DNA from: an uncultured Saprospiraceae bacterium
GTDB lineage: Bacteria; Bacteroidota; Bacteroidia; Chitinophagales; Saprospiraceae
Direction: 5' to 3'
Assembly (NCBI GenBank): GCA_964504335.1
Contig: CAZDET010000038.1
Location: 8,930-48,279, forward strand
Length of the DNA stretch: 39,350 bases
Under the pieces are notes generated by a model. The model had not been told where the DNA came from. It worked only from the letters and a program-made list of their open reading frames with translations, and made no database searches. A program made the position numbers and the translations under genes. Positions 1-8,610 of this stretch are shown here, in pieces. How positions within the stretch are numbered: the stretch's first letter is position 1; every line of letters begins with the position of its first letter.

Positions 1-14
1 TGAGGTGGTGAGGG

Positions 15-1619
15 TTAGAGAATGGTGTGTTGGATGAAGTCTAGTTTGTGGGGATAATCGGTGGTGAAATGGAGGCCGCGGCTTTCGCGACGCATGCTGG
101 CGGACCGATTGATTACATAGGCATTGGTGATGAGGTTGCGCAGTTCGCAAAGTTGGGGGGAGAGCGTGGTGGTGTTGTAGAGCGCTTCTGTTTCGGTATA
201 GAGGAGGTGCAGGCGATCTTTGGCGCGGCGGGCGCGCACGTCTGAGCGTACGATGCCGACGTAGCTGCTCATTACCTCCTTTAATTCCTTCAGGCTTTGG
301 GTGATGAGTACCATTTCCTTCGGCTGGGTCGTTCCGGCAGCATTCCATTCGGGGATACCATCCACCAATTCGGCCCCGTCGATTTCTTTCGCAATGACGG
401 CGGCGATCCGGTGCCCGAAAACCAGGGCTTCCAGCAGGCTATTGGAAGCGAGGCGGTTGGCACCGTGGAGGCCGGTACAGGTGCATTCGCCGCAGGCAAA
501 AAGGCGATCGATGGAACTGCGGCCATCCGGATCGACTTTGATCCCACCGCATAAATAATGGCAGGCCGGCACTACCGGAATCATTTGCTGCATCGGATCA
601 ATACCGATGCTCATACACTTTTCGTAGATGTTGGGAAAGTGATCGACGAAGCCCTCTTTATCCAGATGTCGACAATCGAGGAACATGCATTCTTCCCCAC
701 TCAGCTTCATTTCGTTGTCGATGGCCCGGGCTACAATATCGCGAGGAGCAAGGCTTTTGCGTGGATCGTATTTGTGCATAAATTCTTCGCCGGCCCGATC
801 CTTCAGGATGCCGCCGTAGCCACGCACGGCTTCCGATACGAGAAAAGCGGGATTTTCGCCCGCCGGATTGAATAGGGCAGTGGGGTGAAACTGCACGAAT
901 TCCATATTCTCCAAGTGGCCCTTGGCCCGATAGACCATGGCAATACCGTCGCCCGAAGCGATCACCGGATTGGTGGTAGTGCGGTACACTTGTCCGCCGC
1001 CGCCGGTTGCCACGACGGTCATACGGGCTCGGAAGGTCTCGATTTGCTGGGTTTGCTTATTGAGCACGTAGGCCCCGTAGCACTCAATATGAGGCGTCAG
1101 GCGGGTGATGGTATAGCCCAAGTGGTGTTGAGTAATCAGATCGACGGCGAAGTAATGCTCGTGGATGTGAATATTGGCGTAGTCATCTGCCTTGGCGGAA
1201 AGGGCCCGCTGAATTTCCCAGCCCGTGATGTCTTTGTAGTGCAGAATACGATTTTCCGAATGCCCCCCTTCCCGTCCGAGATCGTACTCGGAATCATCCT
1301 GAATGCGGTCGAAACGTGCGCCCCAGTCGATGATTTCCTGAACGCGCTCTGGCCCTTCTTTCACTACGATTTCCACGACGGCCTTATCACAAAGACCGGC
1401 ACCGGCATCGAGGGTATCTTCAATGTGCTTGGCGTAGGTATCCACTTCGGTATCCCATACGGCAGCGACTCCACCCTGCGCGTAGCTGGTGTTGCTCTCT
1501 GCTTCGCGCGTCTTGGTAAACACGTCGATGCGTAGGTCCGGACGGGCTTGAGCCAACTTGATGGCGGTGGTAAGGCCGCCGATACCCGATCCGATGATGA
1601 GAATGTCGGTGGAGTGCAT
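15..1619 (-). CDS. nadB: L-aspartate oxidase (FAD-dependent; NAD biosynthesis)
   Basis: 534-aa ORF. N-terminal FAD dinucleotide-binding motif DILIIGSGIGGLTTA. Layout resembles the succinate dehydrogenase/fumarate reductase flavoprotein family, including a C-terminal helical domain, as in NadB. Coordinates include the stop codon. Confidence 0.85.
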   Translation of the reverse strand: MHSTDILIIGSGIGGLTTAIKLAQARPDLRIDVFTKTREAESNTSYAQGGVAAVWDTEVDTYAKHIEDTLDAGAGLCDKAVVEIVVKEGPERVQEIIDWGARFDRIQDDSEYDLGREGGHSENRILHYKDITGWEIQRALSAKADDYANIHIHEHYFAVDLITQHHLGYTITRLTPHIECYGAYVLNKQTQQIETFRARMTVVATGGGGQVYRTTTNPVIASGDGIAMVYRAKGHLENMEFVQFHPTALFNPAGENPAFLVSEAVRGYGGILKDRAGEEFMHKYDPRKSLAPRDIVARAIDNEMKLSGEECMFLDCRHLDKEGFVDHFPNIYEKCMSIGIDPMQQMIPVVPACHYLCGGIKVDPDGRSSIDRLFACGECTCTGLHGANRLASNSLLEALVFGHRIAAVIAKEIDGAELVDGIPEWNAAGTTQPKEMVLITQSLKELKEVMSSYVGIVRSDVRARRAKDRLHLLYTETEALYNTTTLSPQLCELRNLITNAYVINRSASMRRESRGLHFTTDYPHKLDFIQHTIL

Positions 1620-2069
1620 ATGCGTAAATTAGGTCCCCAGAGAGGCGCTAAAATGAAGAACGTACAACTTGAGGTGTGGGATAGGTCTAGAAACTCTGGT
1701 TCTGCACTTAAGGGTTTTGGCGGGCAGAATGTTTATAGCCTTTTTGAATTTTGAGTAACCGCTTCAGATACCGGCCAGACCGATGGGAAGGAAATAGGCT
1801 TCCCGGCCGGCTGCCGAGCCGACTGCTGGCCGGGCCGGTCGCACACCATTATACGTGGGTGGGACGCCCACCCTCCTCTCCTGCCTACCTTTGAGGGTAC
1901 ACAGGCAGCCCGAGCGTGCAACACCCTGCACGCGGCTACCAACGATGTGAACGGCCGTATTGAAAATCAATAATGAGCATCTGAAACGAAGTACTGCCAG
2001 ATCGACAGCCTATTTTTAGAGCGGTGCTGCAAAGATAGGCCTTTCCGGAATAGGAGTCAACCATTTACC

Positions 2070-2077
2070 TACCTTTG
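2070..2077 (+). promoter_or_regulatory. Bacteroidota sigma-A -7 box match TAccTTTG upstream of the glycosyltransferase gene
   Basis: Exact TAnnTTTG match 24 nt upstream of the ATG at 2101. No clear -33 TTTG partner seen. Confidence 0.25.
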
Positions 2078-2100
2078 ACAGCTGATCAATGTACTGTCGG

Positions 2101-3228
2101 ATGCGCATCGCCCTCAATGCCCGCTTCCTGTTGCCTCATCGAATGGAAGGAATCGGCCGGTTTTCTGCCGAAATCACTCGGCGGCTAATCGAACGGCGGC
2201 CGGCCGATGAGTTTATCCTGCTTTTTGATCGTCCGTACGACCCGCTGTATACCGCCGCACCCAATGCGTCGGGGGTCGCCCTTCCGCCTCCGGCCCGGCA
2301 TCCCATCCTCTGGTATTTCTGGTTCGAATGGAGTTTGCCCATCTATTTTCAGCGAGCCCAACCCGATCTGTTTATTTCTTTCGACGGCTATTGCTCCCTG
2401 CGCGCGCAAGTACCAACCATCCTGACTCTCCACGATATCGCTTATGTGCATTATCCCAGGCAAGTGCCGGGACTGGTGAGGCGCTATTACCAGCACTATG
2501 TACCCAGGTACCTGAAGCGAGCCGACCGAGTAATTACCGTTTCGAACTTTGTCCGTCGAGATATCATCGAACAATACCATATCGATCCGGAAAAAATCCA
2601 CATCGCCTGCAACGGGGTGCGCCCGGTATTTCAGCCGCTATCTGATGCCGATCGTCAGAATGTGCGGGAAACCTTCACCGGTGGTCGTCCTTATTTTCTA
2701 TTCCTAGGCGCAATCCACCCGCGAAAAAACGTTGACCGCCTCATTCGGGCTTACGATCGCTTTCGGGAGCAATCCGACTCCAATGTTCAATTACTGATCG
2801 GCGGGCGCCTTGCCTGGCAAACTGACGCTGTGCGGCAGGCGCACCGTTCCGCCCGCTTTCGATCGGATATTCATTTTCTGGGATATTTACCGGATAGCGA
2901 CGTACCAAGGCTACTCGGGGCCGCGGAGGCCCTGGTGTACGTAAGTCTCTCGGAGGGCTTTGGGGTGCCTATTCTGGAGGCCCTGCATTCGGAAGTACCC
3001 GTAATTACTTCCAACACCTCGAGCCTGCCCGAAGTGGCCGGCAACGCGGCGCTCCTCGTCGACCCCACCTGTATCGATTCTATTGCCACGGCCATGGTCC
3101 GGCTAGCGGGTCAACCCAATCTCGCCAACCGGCTGATCGAGGCGGGCCGCCTTCAGCGGGAGCACTTCACCTGGGAGCGGGCAACTGATGCCTTTGAGGT
3201 TGTTATCAACCGGGTAATCAGTGGTTGA
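2101..3228 (+). CDS. glycosyltransferase, GT4 (group 1) family
   Basis: 375-aa ORF with the C-terminal GT-B motif EGFGVPILEA and a surrounding retaining-GT4-like pattern. The start is placed at the second ATG (MRIALNARF...); the alternative is 2089. A TAccTTTG motif sits 24 nt upstream. Confidence 0.75.
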   Translation: MRIALNARFLLPHRMEGIGRFSAEITRRLIERRPADEFILLFDRPYDPLYTAAPNASGVALPPPARHPILWYFWFEWSLPIYFQRAQPDLFISFDGYCSLRAQVPTILTLHDIAYVHYPRQVPGLVRRYYQHYVPRYLKRADRVITVSNFVRRDIIEQYHIDPEKIHIACNGVRPVFQPLSDADRQNVRETFTGGRPYFLFLGAIHPRKNVDRLIRAYDRFREQSDSNVQLLIGGRLAWQTDAVRQAHRSARFRSDIHFLGYLPDSDVPRLLGAAEALVYVSLSEGFGVPILEALHSEVPVITSNTSSLPEVAGNAALLVDPTCIDSIATAMVRLAGQPNLANRLIEAGRLQREHFTWERATDAFEVVINRVISG

Positions 3229-3242
3229 TGCGTTAACCGATT

Positions 3243-4772
3243 TTATTCAATCGGCGTTCTCAAGATCCCGTAGCAGGTAGCTACTCCGCGGAAATAATTG
3301 GCTAGCAACAGGTTCTCATTCGGGCTGTGCTGGTTGTTGTCAGGATTGACAAGCGGGACGATGACTGCCGGTACTTCCAGGGTTTGAACGAAGGGGGCAA
3401 TCGGGATCGAGCCGCCGTGGGTGCGGATTTTGATGATATCCGCTCCAAACAACCCACTTAATGCACGCTCCAGCCATTCGCCGGTGGGGGCATCCAGATC
3501 GGTGCGGAAGGCACCGTAGGAGATACGGCTGGCGAAGCCGGCAATTCGCGGATGGGTATTGCGCTCTTCCTCGGTGGGTTCGCGGCCTTCGACGATGTAG
3601 TATCCCTGTTCTTCAACATGATTGCGCAGCAGTTGCAGCAAGCGCTCCGGATCGCTTTCCTTGACCAGTCGAATGTCGATATCAGCAACGGCATTGGCGG
3701 GTACAATGGTCCGAACGGCCCGGCCGACCCATCCGCTGGAAAGCCCGCGGATATTCAGGCTCGGATACTGGATAGCTTCCTGGAGGGTGCCCCCGACGCG
3801 GTCGGGTTGGGCAAAACCCAACTCGGCATTGATCGCTCGAAGGTCATCGGGCACCTGAGCGAGGGTCGCCCGCATCTCCTCGGTGAGCGTAACGCCGTCG
3901 TACCAGCCCGGAATGGTGACCCGGCCTTGATCGTCTTTCATACTTGCCAGCAACTGGGCAAGCCGCAACGCGGGATTAGGGGCATAGTTGCCGTAATGGC
4001 CGCTGTGCAGGGGCACCTTCGGGCCAAATATGTTGATCCGCGCCGTAGCAATTCCCCGGGCCCCGAATACCAAGGTTGGCTGATTGCTGATGTGCGGCGG
4101 CCCATCGAGAATCACAAAGTGGTCGGCGGCCAGCAGTTCCCGATTAGCGGTTACGACGGGAGGGAGATTGGGCGAACCGAGCTCCTCCTCGGTATCCATA
4201 ATGATCTTGATGTTGTAAGTGGGTTGCTTCCCCTCCAGCCGCAGGTGGTTCCAGGCGGCCAGCAACATGACGATGGGTCCTTTGGCATCCGATGCCGAAC
4301 GAACGAACACCCGCAGGCTGTCCATCATCACGACAGATTCCTTCGCCGAGAGCTCATTGAGAAATTCGTAGCCGCTCTCGCGGTCATAGCCCAGAGTGGG
4401 CGTCCAGGGGCGGCCATTGGCCCAGCGGGTGGGATCGACGGGCTGCCCGTCTACCTGCACGTAGAAAAGCACGGTGGGGGCATCCGGCCCTGCCTCTAGC
4501 CAACTGGCCAGTAACACATCAATCCCTTCGGTGGGGATGCGCTGGAGTTCGAATCCTACCTCCCCGAAAGCGCGTTCCAGCCATTGGATATTCGGCTCCA
4601 AGTCTTCGGCCCGGTTGGCATCGTTGGGCATCGATAAAAACTCATACAGCTTTGGCAGGTGGGTCAGTGCCGTGCGGTGCGTGGGATATATCGTTTGCCC
4701 CCACAACAAACCAAAGCCGAAACACATCCACAGGAAACATACTAAGATTGGAATTCGCATAACAATTTGCAT
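3243..4772 (-). CDS. secreted M20/M28-like metallopeptidase (dipeptidase/peptidase family M20)
   Basis: 509-aa ORF with an N-terminal signal peptide (MRIPILVCFLWMCFGFGLLWG). Metal-binding/dimerisation layout typical of M20-family dipeptidases (ArgE/DapE/CPG2-like); called by overall similarity, not a single motif. Confidence 0.7.
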   Translation of the reverse strand: MQIVMRIPILVCFLWMCFGFGLLWGQTIYPTHRTALTHLPKLYEFLSMPNDANRAEDLEPNIQWLERAFGEVGFELQRIPTEGIDVLLASWLEAGPDAPTVLFYVQVDGQPVDPTRWANGRPWTPTLGYDRESGYEFLNELSAKESVVMMDSLRVFVRSASDAKGPIVMLLAAWNHLRLEGKQPTYNIKIIMDTEEELGSPNLPPVVTANRELLAADHFVILDGPPHISNQPTLVFGARGIATARINIFGPKVPLHSGHYGNYAPNPALRLAQLLASMKDDQGRVTIPGWYDGVTLTEEMRATLAQVPDDLRAINAELGFAQPDRVGGTLQEAIQYPSLNIRGLSSGWVGRAVRTIVPANAVADIDIRLVKESDPERLLQLLRNHVEEQGYYIVEGREPTEEERNTHPRIAGFASRISYGAFRTDLDAPTGEWLERALSGLFGADIIKIRTHGGSIPIAPFVQTLEVPAVIVPLVNPDNNQHSPNENLLLANYFRGVATCYGILRTPIE

Positions 4773-5201
4773 TCAGAGGATCATCAATCGCTTACAAAGA
4801 GGTTGTCACTCGTCACAATTTGGTAATTGCTGATGGATTATCCACATCCGGCATTGACATTTTGTACCAATATTAGTACCTTACCCGTAAGCATACAACA
4901 CAAATCCCAAGTGACACCCGCATCTAGGTCCCGTTTCCCACGAACAGCATCCTCTTGTCCCCCCACCGTTTAGATGCAACGTACTCATCATCCGATGAGA
5001 CGCGAAAGTATTAATACACAATTATTCATATCACCACTCCGCCGCCAGCCGGATCAGCCCTAACCGGCGATCTTATTCCGGACATTGTGGTTTTTTACCA
5101 TAATTCCGTAAAACCCATGCTCTGTTTATATGCTCCGGCGGTAAATAGACGTTTGTAAGAAGCTACCTTCTGGTAGTCAATAGTCATCCCTATTGAGCCA
5201 A

Positions 5202-5242
5202 GCGTGCGGGTACCTCTTCGGTACACCGCACGATTTTTTTTT
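5202..5242 (+). terminator. canonical intrinsic terminator (GC hairpin + T9) on the plus strand
   Basis: gcgtgcgggtacc-tcttc-ggtacaccgcacg hairpin (7+4 bp stem) followed by A then TTTTTTTTT. Only the plus-strand reading gives hairpin then U-run. Confidence 0.5.
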
Positions 5243-5267
5243 GTTGAGATTGAGAAGCTGTTCGAAT

Positions 5268-6563
5268 TTAGATGCCGAGGAGCAACAACGTCGGGTCCTC
5301 CAATAACTCCTTCACTTTCACCAGGAACGTAACCGAAGAACTGCCGTCAATTACCCGGTGGTCGTAGCTGAGGGCCAGATACATCATCGGGCGGATTTTT
5401 ACTTCGCCGTTCACCGCAACCGGGCGTTCTTTAATACCGTGCATCCCCAGAATTGCCGACTGCGGCTCGTTGATGATTGGAGTACTAAGCAGCGATCCGA
5501 ATACGCCTCCATTAGTGATCGTAAAGGTGCCACCCTGCATTTCTTCCAGGCTCAGGCTGCCTTCACGCGCCTTGGTGGATAGCTCTTTAATCTTGTGCTC
5601 GATGTCGGCATAGTGCAGGCTTTCTACGTTGCGAACGGGCGGTACGACCAGGCCGTTGGGGGTAGATATGGCAATGCTGATATCGACGTAGTCGTGGTAG
5701 ATCAACTCGTTCTCATCGATCATGGCATTCACATCGGGCATTTCCATAAGAACCTTGGCGCAGGCCTTGGCGAAGATGGACATGAAACCCAGCTTGATAC
5801 CGAATTTCTCCACAAATTTTTCCTGCACGCGCTTGCGCAACGCCATTACCTCCGTGAGGTCCACCTCGTTGAAGGTGGTAAGCATAGCCGTTTCGTTCTT
5901 TGCCCTCACCAAGCGGGTAGCGATGGTGCGGCGCATACGCGACATTTTCTTGCGGTGTTCTTCGCGGCTGAATTGAACCCCGCTGGTGGGAGATGAATAG
6001 GCCGGCTGCGGAGCGGATGGGGCCGGTGCTTCTTTTTGTTTGGGAGGAGCCGGCTTATTGGTTACGGCTTTTTGGGCATCGGCCTTGGTAATACGGCCAT
6101 CGCGGCCCGTTCCCGAGACCTGGTCGGCCGGTACATCGTTTTCGCGCAAGATTTTGGCAGCCGCCGGAGAAGGCGTTCCGTGAGCATAGCTACCAGTGGC
6201 CGGGGCAGCGGGGGTAGGTGCGGTTTCCTGTGGCTGAGGCTCCGGTTCGGGCTGTGCTTTGCTACCCGATTCCTGCTGAGCGGAGCCATTACTGTCGCCC
6301 GATCCACCGCCGGACTCTGCGGTAACACTGGTGTCGATCTTTGCCACCAGGGCCCCTATCTCGAGATCATCACCTTCGCTGGCCACGTAGATGAGCTTGC
6401 CGGCAGCTTCCGCCGGAAATTCGAGTGTGGCTTTATCAGATTCGAATTCGCAAATGGCTTCATCGAGTTCGACGTATTCGCCATCTTCTTTTAGCCATTG
6501 AGAGAGCGTTACTTCGTTGACGGACTCCCCGATCACGGGAACTTTCATTTCGACAATACTCAT
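5268..6563 (-). CDS. sucB: 2-oxoacid dehydrogenase E2 component (dihydrolipoyllysine-residue succinyltransferase-like)
   Basis: 431 aa. Single N-terminal lipoyl domain ([13 protein letters not shown] lipoyl-lysine motif). Pro/Ala-rich linkers plus an E3-binding region. C-terminal catalytic domain with the DHRxxDG active-site motif (SYDHRVIDG). A single lipoyl domain favours SucB over a PDH E2, but no sucA is adjacent. Confidence 0.75.
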   Translation of the reverse strand: MSIVEMKVPVIGESVNEVTLSQWLKEDGEYVELDEAICEFESDKATLEFPAEAAGKLIYVASEGDDLEIGALVAKIDTSVTAESGGGSGDSNGSAQQESGSKAQPEPEPQPQETAPTPAAPATGSYAHGTPSPAAAKILRENDVPADQVSGTGRDGRITKADAQKAVTNKPAPPKQKEAPAPSAPQPAYSSPTSGVQFSREEHRKKMSRMRRTIATRLVRAKNETAMLTTFNEVDLTEVMALRKRVQEKFVEKFGIKLGFMSIFAKACAKVLMEMPDVNAMIDENELIYHDYVDISIAISTPNGLVVPPVRNVESLHYADIEHKIKELSTKAREGSLSLEEMQGGTFTITNGGVFGSLLSTPIINEPQSAILGMHGIKERPVAVNGEVKIRPMMYLALSYDHRVIDGSSSVTFLVKVKELLEDPTLLLLGI

Positions 6564-6639
6564 ACAGTCGGTGGTCTTGCGTAGAATGTATAATGGTGTT
6601 TCAAGAAAAGGATCAAGCCGGTCTTCCGGTTCAAAAAAA

Positions 6640-7539
6640 TTATCGATTTGGACGATATGGGAGTCGGTACAACAAGCCAGGCCCTCCTTTCCCCTCCGAT
6701 GACATGTAAAGCGTCCCGTCGGAATCGAAGCACAATCCCTCGGGCTGCGGGAAGATATGCTTATCCAGGCGGTTCATGTAAATCACCTCTCCCAACGGAT
6801 TAAGCACCATCACGACCTTCCCCACACTGGAAATTAAAAATATATCTCCGGTAATCGGATGCACGGCCAAGCCCGAAGGGCCAAGTTCATCGAAATCATC
6901 TTCGAAAAAATCGACGAGCTTACCGTGCCCCGCAAAACGGGGACTGTCTTTTAGAAAGTCCAGCATTTGGGTGCGTACCACTTCTAAAACTGCCCTCCGA
7001 TTGAACGTCCCCTCTTTAGGGTCAAAACTGAATATAGCACGCACCTCGTCCTTGTCGTACCCCTCTCCGGCATCTCCTTTACAGGCGAGCAACAACCGCC
7101 CGGATCGCGGCTCGTATCCGAACCCCTCCATGTCGTTGTCGTCGGAAAGGAATCCATTGAATTTTTCCGTGCGCTGCTGATCGCTGCCGGGATTGATGAT
7201 TTGGTACAGCGTACCGGTATTTTTCATTACATAAATATCGTTCCCCACCATTTCTACGCCCTCGTAGTCCCCTTCGTCCCAAAAAACGATAGTACGGTCC
7301 ACTTCACCCGATTGCTTATCGAGGAAGAACACACTCCCGGCCTCATCCTGAATGGCCAGCAGGTACCGGCCACTATGGTGCATTCCCAATCCGGAGATTT
7401 CCGATAGCTCCTGCGGCAATTGAGCGATGAGGGTTGGGTTGGCGAAGTCGTATCCAATCGAATACTGGGCTACGAGCGGTATCCACAGGGCCAGACACAG
7501 GAGGCCGCTGAGCCCCCCTCCTTTGATTAATTCCTTCAT
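6640..7539 (-). CDS. SdiA-regulated/YjiK-like beta-propeller domain protein, secreted
   Basis: 299-aa ORF with an N-terminal hydrophobic signal-like segment. Repeated propeller-blade-like segments reminiscent of the SdiA-regulated (PF06977) family. Family call is by recollection. Confidence 0.5.
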   Translation of the reverse strand: MKELIKGGGLSGLLCLALWIPLVAQYSIGYDFANPTLIAQLPQELSEISGLGMHHSGRYLLAIQDEAGSVFFLDKQSGEVDRTIVFWDEGDYEGVEMVGNDIYVMKNTGTLYQIINPGSDQQRTEKFNGFLSDDNDMEGFGYEPRSGRLLLACKGDAGEGYDKDEVRAIFSFDPKEGTFNRRAVLEVVRTQMLDFLKDSPRFAGHGKLVDFFEDDFDELGPSGLAVHPITGDIFLISSVGKVVMVLNPLGEVIYMNRLDKHIFPQPEGLCFDSDGTLYMSSEGKGGPGLLYRLPYRPNR

Positions 7540-7557
7540 CGGTCTCGATTTGTAGGC

Positions 7558-8418
7558 TTATGCCTTTCGCTTCTTTTTTTTCTTCCCCTTCTCCTGCTTG
7601 GGCGACGCGATTTCGGTTGACACCAGGGGCGCTTTCCGCACCATCAGGTATACACCGAGGAGCACGAAGGGAATGCTCAGCAACTGCCCCGTCGATAGGA
7701 CGTTGTTGAAGGCAGTTTCGAACCCGCCCTGGCTGGTTTTGAAGTATTCCCATACAATACGCCAGCCGAAGATCAGCACCATAAATATACCGGTCAGATA
7801 ACCCGGCTTTTGCCGGCGATCCGTTTTCCAGTATACATAGTACAGAATAAAAAACGAAAGCAAGTAGGAGAGCGACTCATAAAGCTGCACCGGATGCCGG
7901 GGCACATCGCCATATTTTGCCGATTGCACAAATAGAAATGCCCACGAAGCATCGGAGGGCGTTCCGACTATTTCGGAATTCATCAGGTTGCCCAACCGTA
8001 TGAAGCAGCCGGCCAGCGCCGTTGGGACCACCACCTTGTCGGCAATCCAAAATATCGATCGTTTGCTAACCCGGCTGGAGAAGTACCAAAGGGCCAGCAA
8101 AATACCGATTGCCCCGCCGTGGCTGGCCAGCCCCCCCTTCCAGATCAGCGGTATCTCCGACAAATGGTTTTGATAATAGCCCCATTCGTAGAAGAACACA
8201 TGCCCGAGCCGGGCCCCGACGACCGCTCCGATGATCGTGGCAATAAATGCCTTATCCAGCCAGTTATCGGGTGCATTGTCGGCAGCAAACATGCGGCGCG
8301 CAATGTACAATCCGACAATGAAGCCCAAAGCAAACAACAATCCGTACCAGCGCGGAGCCAGCGGGCCGAGTTCAAAGATGATGGGAGAAACGTCCCAGGT
8401 AATAACGAGTAGTGGCAA
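7558..8418 (-). CDS. lgt: prolipoprotein diacylglyceryl transferase
   Basis: 286-aa polytopic membrane protein. N-terminal block ...GPLAPRWYGLLFALGFIVG... and the conserved Lgt signature region (GGLASHGG, RLGNLMNSE). Lys-rich C-terminal tail. Confidence 0.85.
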   Translation of the reverse strand: MPLLVITWDVSPIIFELGPLAPRWYGLLFALGFIVGLYIARRMFAADNAPDNWLDKAFIATIIGAVVGARLGHVFFYEWGYYQNHLSEIPLIWKGGLASHGGAIGILLALWYFSSRVSKRSIFWIADKVVVPTALAGCFIRLGNLMNSEIVGTPSDASWAFLFVQSAKYGDVPRHPVQLYESLSYLLSFFILYYVYWKTDRRQKPGYLTGIFMVLIFGWRIVWEYFKTSQGGFETAFNNVLSTGQLLSIPFVLLGVYLMVRKAPLVSTEIASPKQEKGKKKKKRKA

Positions 8419-8610
8419 AACAGCGGCATTGCTCGGCTGCCGTTGCCAGTTGGCGCGACAGCGCGATCGATTAGGAAACAGTATGGCCCAAAAGTACAGC
8501 TTCCTACGATGCAGCGGGTACGAACGCCCTAAAAATTAGGGTTTTGTATCGGTAGCCGACTCAATGACCTGCCTGACATGCGCTATCCTGCACCACCACC
8601 AGGCTGGCAC

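Noticed and set aside
3235-3254. Hairpin ccgatt-ttattc-aatcgg spanning the 14-bp convergent gap between the glycosyltransferase and M20 peptidase stops.
   Set aside because: Short (6 bp) stem overlapping coding sequence. Plausible as a weak bidirectional terminator but not distinctive enough to call.
3552-4499. 315-aa plus-strand ORF fully inside the M20 peptidase gene. Similar long antisense ORFs occur at 885-1535, 12042-14944 (several), 16034-16735, 22283-23248, 28539-29348, 29739-30356, 36220-36915 and 37948-38721.
   Set aside because: All lie opposite confidently recognised conserved genes. They are Arg/Gly/Ala-rich, as expected for antisense frames in high-GC DNA, and have no recognisable motifs. 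Treated as six-frame artefacts.
4834-5243. tmRNA, RNase P RNA, 6S or SRP RNA in the ORF-free region.
   Set aside because: No tRNA-like T-arm (GGTTCGAnTCC), no RNase P P4 motif (AGGAAAGTCCGGGC), no tag-peptide reading frame ending in ALAA, and none of the conserved SRP or 6S RNA motifs I know were seen. A novel sRNA remains possible.
8525-8549. Small hairpin ccctaa-aaat-taggg followed by TTTT between lgt and the CBM9/DUF5916 gene.
   Set aside because: Only a 5-bp AT-containing stem, wrong orientation for the flanking minus-strand genes, and located 70 nt from the nearest stop. Likely fortuitous.
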